Below are positions 7,872 to 12,945 of a stretch of DNA of 12,945 nucleotides, in pieces. The stretch covers positions 1-12,945 of the forward strand of contig CAXBPH010000202.1 of NCBI GenBank assembly GCA_963977445.1. Direction: 5' to 3'. Origin of the DNA: an uncultured bacterium. Lineage in GTDB: Bacteria; Hydrogenedentota; Hydrogenedentia; Hydrogenedentales; JAEUWI01. Within the stretch, counting starts at the first letter, position 1. Every line of letters starts with the position of its first letter. Below the pieces are notes generated by a model. It searched no databases. It was given only the letters and a program-made list of their open reading frames with translations, and was not told the DNA's origin. The position numbers and the translations under genes were made by a program.

Positions 7872-7936
7872 AACCACAAAGAACGCAGAGAGCACAAAAA
7901 GGATTATTCTCTGTGTTCTTTGCGTTCTTTGTGGTT
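7872..7936. repeat. Long hairpin repeat, copy 2 (25-bp arms, 15-nt loop)
   Basis: AACCACAAAGAACGCAGAGAGCACA (7872-7896) / TGTGTTCTTTGCGTTCTTTGTGGTT (7912-7936). Confidence 0.95.
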
Positions 7937-8113
7937 AGTTCACTATTTTATTCATTCGTGAAAATTCGTGTTCATTCATGGTTCGCATCGTTGCGATCTA
8001 CCATGACACATCGATTCCCCGGGGTAATTGCTGAGCTACTCGTATTTTCGGCTACGGTATACGTTGTCTCTGGGCCGACATCATATCTACGCTTGAAAAT
8101 AAGAATCGCGGCG

Positions 8114-8137
8114 GGCCAAGTGGGACGCCTAACCTAC
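8114..8137 (-). repeat. REP-like element, GTAG head plus hairpin (copy 2)
   Basis: Minus strand GTAGGTTAGGCGTCCCACTTGGCC: 20/24 identical to copy 1, with three G-T pairs and one C-A mismatch in the stem. Confidence 0.55.
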
Positions 8138-8182
8138 GTTCGTCGGCGTTTCATGTGAAGTGTTTCCTGCGGACTCTTTTTT

Positions 8183-8248
8183 AACCACAAAGAACACAGA
8201 GAACACAAAAGGAAATGTTTTTCTGTGTTCTTTGCGTTCTTTGTGGTT
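8183..8248. repeat. Long hairpin repeat, copy 3 (25-bp arms, 16-nt loop)
   Basis: AACCACAAAGAACACAGAGAACACA (8183-8207) / TGTGTTCTTTGCGTTCTTTGTGGTT (8224-8248). Confidence 0.95.
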
Positions 8249-8297
8249 GATTCAACAGAATATCCATTCGTGAATATTCGTGGTTGAAACTCTTTTT

Positions 8298-9536
8298 CTA
8301 TTCCAGGGTTACGCTGGCGAAGGACACAATCCCGCCGTTGGGGTCATGGGCGTAGTCGTAGTGATGCTGGGTGCCTTGGCTCACGGTGCCGTCGAGGGTC
8401 TTCAACGTGGCGTAAATGCAGTTGAGTCCGCAGACTTTGCGCTCGTTGAGGTCTTTCATCACGGAGGCATAGAAACCGTCGGCATCGATAGCCCCATTCA
8501 CGATATGGGCGAGGTCTTCGGTGTCTCGTCCGGCCACGTCGGCCACCACGGCATCATCGATGTCGAAGGAATCCCCAAAGGTTTTCCCCACGTGGGCCAG
8601 GTCGGCCCCGGCGATCACGGCGATACGTCCGCCCGATTCCGCAACGATATCCCGACAGGTGTCGAGAAAGTTGGCTACCGCTTCGACTTCGGAAGGCACG
8701 CATGGCCCCTCGTCCATGGAAAAACAGGAGCAGAGCACGGGCACGATTTTCACGTCGGCCCCGTAGTGGTAGGCCAGCATAACGGCCTGAAATTCGATGG
8801 AGTGTTCGGTGCGGTGCCGGATTTCCCACTCGTAGGGGTCCCAGGAACAGGCCTTTTCGAGACGGGCCACAATCTCCTGGTCCGTATCTACCCGCCCCAG
8901 GGGGGTGTCAAAATGTTTTCGGGTCAGGATGAAAGGCACGGGGGCACCGGCATGGGCCACGCCGAAAATAAAGACCACGTCGGGCTTGGGGCGGGCGAAG
9001 AGCTTTCCATAGCCGTGGGCGTAACCGGCCATACCGCGATGAAAATCGATGTGGGGCACGATGAGACCGGGCAGGGGCGTCGCCTCTTCATCGAGACGGG
9101 GCGTTTCGCCGGGTCCTTTTTCGCAGGTAAAAAATGAATCGATGAAGGTCCGAAGTTCGGTGGGATCTTCGGGATAGGAGCGGCCCGCGAGATAGGCGGG
9201 ACGGGTATCGGAATCCGCATAGCCGCCATCGACCCGTTTGCGAATGGCTTCAAACTGTTCGTTCAGCAGAAAGCCATTGTCATCGAGGTAATCCACGATT
9301 TCCTGAATCTGGTCGCCCGATACTTCGGCACCGTTGAACTGTGCGCGGACCGCCATCTGGAGAGTCGGTATGTCCGCATGGCCATCGAGGGACGCCGCGA
9401 TAAAGAATGCGGGTGGCGTGAGGACAATCTGGGCCTCCACGTAGCCGCTGGGGTCGTGGATGACGATAAACTTCTCGCCCTCATGTTCGATAGGGGCGGC
9501 GTCTATATTGCGTAGTGGCGGAAAGGGTCGGTTCAT
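8298..9536 (-). CDS. Memo-family protein (AmmeMemoRadiSam system protein B), long form with ~95-aa N-terminal extension
   Basis: RPAYLAGRSYP, PHIDFHRG, FGVAH, FDTPLG, HRTEHSIEFQ, ADLAHVG, VCG and VSFAS motifs of the Memo/LigB-like fold. Confidence 0.9.
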   Translation of the reverse strand: MNRPFPPLRNIDAAPIEHEGEKFIVIHDPSGYVEAQIVLTPPAFFIAASLDGHADIPTLQMAVRAQFNGAEVSGDQIQEIVDYLDDNGFLLNEQFEAIRKRVDGGYADSDTRPAYLAGRSYPEDPTELRTFIDSFFTCEKGPGETPRLDEEATPLPGLIVPHIDFHRGMAGYAHGYGKLFARPKPDVVFIFGVAHAGAPVPFILTRKHFDTPLGRVDTDQEIVARLEKACSWDPYEWEIRHRTEHSIEFQAVMLAYHYGADVKIVPVLCSCFSMDEGPCVPSEVEAVANFLDTCRDIVAESGGRIAVIAGADLAHVGKTFGDSFDIDDAVVADVAGRDTEDLAHIVNGAIDADGFYASVMKDLNERKVCGLNCIYATLKTLDGTVSQGTQHHYDYAHDPNGGIVSFASVTLE

Positions 9537-9544
9537 AATTGGAC

Positions 9545-9573
9545 ACTATAAAGGGTAGGGTAGTAACACGCAA
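9545..9573 (-). promoter_or_regulatory. Sigma70-type promoter TTGCGT-N17-TATAGT for the Memo gene
   Basis: -35 at 9573-9568, 17-nt spacer, -10 at 9550-9545. Only 8 nt separate the -10 from the ATG at 9536. Confidence 0.65.
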
Positions 9574-9727
9574 GGAAAATATTTTCGTATTGCGTGATGT
9601 GGCAGAGATGGCCTCATCATGGGACATCGCCGCCACGGAAAAATTTGATGAAACCACGTCAAATCGCCACAATAGCCCACTTGACCGCAATGATTTGCCA
9701 CATGCCCATGTGGCCGGGAGAAATACC

Positions 9728-12727
9728 GTGCGTTTTATGAATGTAGTACGTAGCACCTGCGTGGCGGCCACGGGGCTGGCCTTCGCCGCCTCCGCCCAGG
9801 TGGGCGAAGATATCGATTTTAAGATTGCCGACGGCTTTGAATTGGAGACGGTGCTCCGCGAGCCCGACCTGCGCCAGCCCTTGAGCCTGAATTTCGACGA
9901 GCGTGGACGCCTCTGGGTCGCCCAATACCTTCAGTTCCCCTTCCCCCAGGGCCTCAAGGTCATCGGTCATGACAATTACTGGCGGGTTCAATATGAGAAC
10001 TTCCCTCCCCCACCACCCCCAAATCACGAAATCGGCAAGGACAAGGTCACGGTCTATGAAGACACGGACGGTGATGGCACCTTCGACAAGCACACGGATT
10101 TCGTCACGGGCCTGAGCATTACCACCTCGGCCCTGCCCGGTCGTGGTGGCGTGTGGGTCATGAATCCCCCCTACCTCCTCTTTTACCCCGATGCCAACCG
10201 GGATGACGTGCCCGATGGGGACCCTGTCGTACATCTCGCCGGCTTTGGCCTGGAAGATCTCCACGCCGTGGCCAATGGACTTCGCTGGGGTCCCGATGGC
10301 TGGATCTATGGCTATCAGGGTTCGACAACGACGGCCACGGTCACGCGGCCGGGAATGGACGACGAAGGCCTTCATTTCACCGGGCAGAATCTCTGGCGCT
10401 ACAATCCCGAAGACCGGCGCTTTGAACTCTTTGCGGAAGGGGGGCATAACCACTTTGGCGTGGCACTCGATTCTCAGGGACGGATGTACACGGGCAGCAA
10501 CGGCGGCATCATTGGCTATCATCAGGTGCAGGGTGGTTACTCCTGGAAAAGTTGGGCCAAACATGGCGAGCTGACCAACCCCTATGCCTATGGGTTCTTT
10601 AACGGCATGGAAGACCACAGCACCCGGGCCAAGCTCTCCCAGGGACTGGTTTCCTACAATGCGCCGAACTTTCCGGCGGAATTTCAGGATGCAATCTTCA
10701 CCGCACGCGCCCTGAAGCGGTGCATCAGTGTCGCACGTCTTGAAGCCCTGGGCTCTACCTATTCGGCCCACGAATTCCTCCAGCTCCTCGAAACGGATGA
10801 CCAGCACTTTCGGCCGGTGGCCATGGCCCAGGGTCCCGATGGAGCCCTCTACATCGCCGACTGGCACGACACGAATATCACGTGGAGTGTTTCTGCCGAG
10901 ACCGACCGTATCCTCCGGGAGACGGGCCGGGTCTATCGGGTTACCCATGGCAAGAACACGCCCTACAAGCCCTTCGATTTTGGCACCACGCCCACGGAGG
11001 AGGTGGTGGCGGCCCTTGCCCATCCCAATAAGTGGTATCGCGAAACGGCCTTGCGCATCCTTTATGACCGCAAAGACCCGGCAGCTATCGCGCCGTTGGA
11101 AGCCATCTTGTGGCAGAAAGACCGCATCAATCCCCTCGCCCTTCAGGCACTCTGGGGCATCAATGCCTCGGGTGGGTTCACCATGGAACTTGCCGAAAAG
11201 GCACTCGATCACCCCTATCCACAGGTCCGTCTGTGGACCCTCCGCCTCTTGGGGAATGACCACAGCATCACCCCCCTCATCGAACAGAAAATGATTGCCA
11301 TGGGAACCACCGAGCCCGACGCCCAGGTGCGCAGTCAGTTGGCGAGCACGGCGAAACGCCTCAGTCCGGCGGAAGGCCTCCCCGTTGTGTTGGCCATGCT
11401 CCGCTCCGGCAAAGATGTGGATGACACCATGATTCCCCTGCTGCTGTGGTGGGCCGTGGAACAGCACATCCGCGTCGATGCGGACGCGGTCGTCGCGTGG
11501 GCCAAAGAAGCGGCCACCCTGCGAAGTGCTATCTTTGACAACATCATCGTCTCACGGCTGGGCCAGCGCTTTACCCAAGACCGAGAAGACGAAGATTTCA
11601 ACCAGGCCGCCGCCCTGTTGGCTTCCCTCACGGAACCCGCCCATCGCCAGTCCCTCTTGACAGGCATGGCCACGGGCCTTGGTCGGGGCACCAGCGCGAC
11701 GGTGCCTGCGGCGCTCAATGCGACGTTGGCGGAAATGCTGGTGGCCGATTCGGGCAACACCCAGTTGCTCATCATCGCCGCCCGCCTGGGCAACACGGAG
11801 GTCTACGAGAAGGCCACCTCTATGATTGCCGATGCGGCGGTCGATAAGGGGCAGCGTATCGCCCTCATCAAGCTCCTCGGCGAAGAGCAGTATGACCCCG
11901 CCAGGGAAACCCTGCTCCAACTCTTCCTGGGAACGGAAGGAGACGACATCCGTGGCGCGGCCCTGGGTGCCGTCCAGCGATTCCCCGATGAAGCCGTAGG
12001 TGCTACCCTCTTGAAGACCTTGCCGACGAGCGAAGGCCTCAAGGGACAGATTGCCAGTGCCCTCGTATCCCGCACGGCCTGGGCCATGGAATTACTGAAA
12101 GCGGTAGATCAGGGCACCGTGCCCGCCGCCGATGTGAATCGCGCGTTGCTGATCAATCTCGCGGCCCTGGGTGATGCCGAAGTAGATGCCCTCGTGCTCA
12201 AACATTGGGGTGCCATCCGCACCAGTCCCGACGAAAAGATGGGGCTCGTCAATGCCATTCACTCGAAGATTAAGAACGGTCCCGGTTATGCGCGGCCGGG
12301 TATGAAGCTCTATGAAGAGAACTGCGGCAAGTGCCACGTCCACCTTGGCGTTGGCCGTAAGGTAGGCCCCGAAATGACGGGACTCAACCGGAAAGACACG
12401 TGGGACTTTGTGACCAACGTGGTGGACCCGAGCAAATCAGTATTGCCGGAGTACACGGGCACGACCTTTACCATCATCGGCGAAGACGATGGCCTGGGCG
12501 CTTCGGAACAGACCATCACGGGCTTCATCCTCCGTGAGTCGGATTCGGAGATTACCCTGATTGATTCGGCGGGCACCGAAATGGTGGTCTCCCGGGACAA
12601 GGTGAAGTCCATGGAGCCCATGGCCCTCTCCGTCATGCCGGAGGGCATGGTGAGTAATATGACCGACCAGGAGTTGCGTGATCTCTTTGCCTTCATCCAG
12701 GCGGATAGCTTGCCCCCGGCGGAATAG
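9728..12727 (+). CDS. PVC-type heme-binding CxxCH protein (membrane-bound dehydrogenase-like beta-propeller + HEAT-like repeats + cytochrome c domain)
   Basis: Signal peptide MRFMNVVRSTCVAATGLAFAASA. Propeller motifs FDERGRLWV, EDTDGDG, NGLRWGPDGWIYG and FRPV..GPDGALYIADW. Helical repeats VRLWTLRLL and VRSQLA. CGKCH at 12323-12337, GPEMT, and distal Met in SVMPEG. GTG 9728, 7 nt after GGGAG, is preferred over 9539; ATG 9737 is an alternative. Confidence 0.9.
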   Translation: MRFMNVVRSTCVAATGLAFAASAQVGEDIDFKIADGFELETVLREPDLRQPLSLNFDERGRLWVAQYLQFPFPQGLKVIGHDNYWRVQYENFPPPPPPNHEIGKDKVTVYEDTDGDGTFDKHTDFVTGLSITTSALPGRGGVWVMNPPYLLFYPDANRDDVPDGDPVVHLAGFGLEDLHAVANGLRWGPDGWIYGYQGSTTTATVTRPGMDDEGLHFTGQNLWRYNPEDRRFELFAEGGHNHFGVALDSQGRMYTGSNGGIIGYHQVQGGYSWKSWAKHGELTNPYAYGFFNGMEDHSTRAKLSQGLVSYNAPNFPAEFQDAIFTARALKRCISVARLEALGSTYSAHEFLQLLETDDQHFRPVAMAQGPDGALYIADWHDTNITWSVSAETDRILRETGRVYRVTHGKNTPYKPFDFGTTPTEEVVAALAHPNKWYRETALRILYDRKDPAAIAPLEAILWQKDRINPLALQALWGINASGGFTMELAEKALDHPYPQVRLWTLRLLGNDHSITPLIEQKMIAMGTTEPDAQVRSQLASTAKRLSPAEGLPVVLAMLRSGKDVDDTMIPLLLWWAVEQHIRVDADAVVAWAKEAATLRSAIFDNIIVSRLGQRFTQDREDEDFNQAAALLASLTEPAHRQSLLTGMATGLGRGTSATVPAALNATLAEMLVADSGNTQLLIIAARLGNTEVYEKATSMIADAAVDKGQRIALIKLLGEEQYDPARETLLQLFLGTEGDDIRGAALGAVQRFPDEAVGATLLKTLPTSEGLKGQIASALVSRTAWAMELLKAVDQGTVPAADVNRALLINLAALGDAEVDALVLKHWGAIRTSPDEKMGLVNAIHSKIKNGPGYARPGMKLYEENCGKCHVHLGVGRKVGPEMTGLNRKDTWDFVTNVVDPSKSVLPEYTGTTFTIIGEDDGLGASEQTITGFILRESDSEITLIDSAGTEMVVSRDKVKSMEPMALSVMPEGMVSNMTDQELRDLFAFIQADSLPPAE

Positions 12728-12746
12728 ACGGCTTACTTTAGTAACG

Positions 12747-12779
12747 AACGGGCGGCCCCATGCGGGTCGCCCGTTTTTT
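12747..12779 (+). terminator. Rho-independent terminator
   Basis: AACGGGCGGCCC-CATGC-GGGTCGCCCGTT stem-loop running into a T6 tract. Confidence 0.9.
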
Positions 12780-12908
12780 GTTGTAGGGCGTTGGCAAGCG
12801 GTGGGGATGATTTATTCGATATTTCGAGTGCCGGAGGCAAAAGGATGACTCGATGGGTTCTTGCGAATCATGTCGTCACGCAACTTTTTACAGATAAAAC
12901 GACAAACC

Positions 12909-12945
12909 ATGGACGTGCCGCGCGATCTGGTACTCCAGTTCGTGC
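12909..12945 (+). CDS. Possible 5' end of the next gene (MDVPRDLVLQFV...)
   Basis: ATG after an A-rich stretch, open to the window edge, and composition returns to coding-like. Only 12 codons visible. Confidence 0.3.
   Translation, partial: MDVPRDLVLQFV

Larger units (their letters stand above)
7751..7936. repeat. Tandem unit A, homologous to 8064-8248
   Basis: Ungapped alignment of 7751-7860 with 8064-8173 gives 83/110 identities by hand count, then continues into the hairpin. Confidence 0.9.
8064..8248. repeat. Tandem unit B, homologous to 7751-7936
   Basis: Same alignment as unit A. The offset is 313 nt before the hairpin and 311-312 nt at the hairpin. Confidence 0.9.

Noticed and set aside
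7847..8158. 103-aa ORF spanning one repeat unit; the same frame in unit A ends at an equivalent TGA (AAGQAGRPTYVSRRCD* versus AAGQVGRLTYVRRRFM*)
   Set aside because: No SD, and the ORF runs through the palindrome. The unit A frame is closed by a TGA at 7729-7731 with no good start, and most substitutions are non-synonymous.
7751..8173. DGR template/variable repeat pair
   Set aside because: Substitutions affect all four bases rather than being adenine-specific, neither copy lies in a credible gene, and no reverse transcriptase is present.
7597..8248. CRISPR array
   Set aside because: The repeats are 65-66 nt, the spacers are ~210-245 nt and homologous to each other, and there are no cas genes.
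9645..9662. FNR/CRP box (TTGAT...GTCAA)
   Set aside because: The spacer is 8 nt rather than the 4 nt of FNR sites. Kept only as an unassigned palindrome.
9539..9727. 63-aa N-terminal extension of the heme protein
   Set aside because: It would overlap the divergent promoter and bury the signal peptide. An SD-led GTG exists at 9728.
9659..11467. Long antisense ORFs (602 aa here; also 5627-6808, 8280-9137, 4071-4862, 419-1156 and 5049-5543)
   Set aside because: These are shadow frames opposite well-supported genes, as expected from biased codon usage. They show no motifs or start signals.

Overview
GC-rich bacterial window with mostly housekeeping or accessory genes. In order: a tandem LAB_N membrane protein and an exported hypothetical protein (+); a coupled radical SAM/SPASM - transglutaminase-like - ribokinase operon (-); an AT-rich, Lys-rich 125-aa orphan with its own SD and terminator (+); an L-fucose isomerase-family gene (+); a Memo/AmmeMemoRadiSam protein B with an RRE/PqqD-like N-terminal extension (-, apparently leaderless); and a PVC-type CxxCH heme-binding membrane-bound dehydrogenase-family protein (+). 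The most unusual part is the ~920-bp non-coding gap between two convergent genes (7376-8297). It holds three 65-66-nt hairpins with 25-bp stems and identical right arms, each followed by TCGTGAA after exactly 19 nt. The hairpins sit in ~275-312-bp diverged tandem units that also carry a GTAG-headed REP-like hairpin on the opposite strand. No transposase, Cas gene or reverse transcriptase is visible in the window. All calls come from reading motifs by eye; no searches were run.
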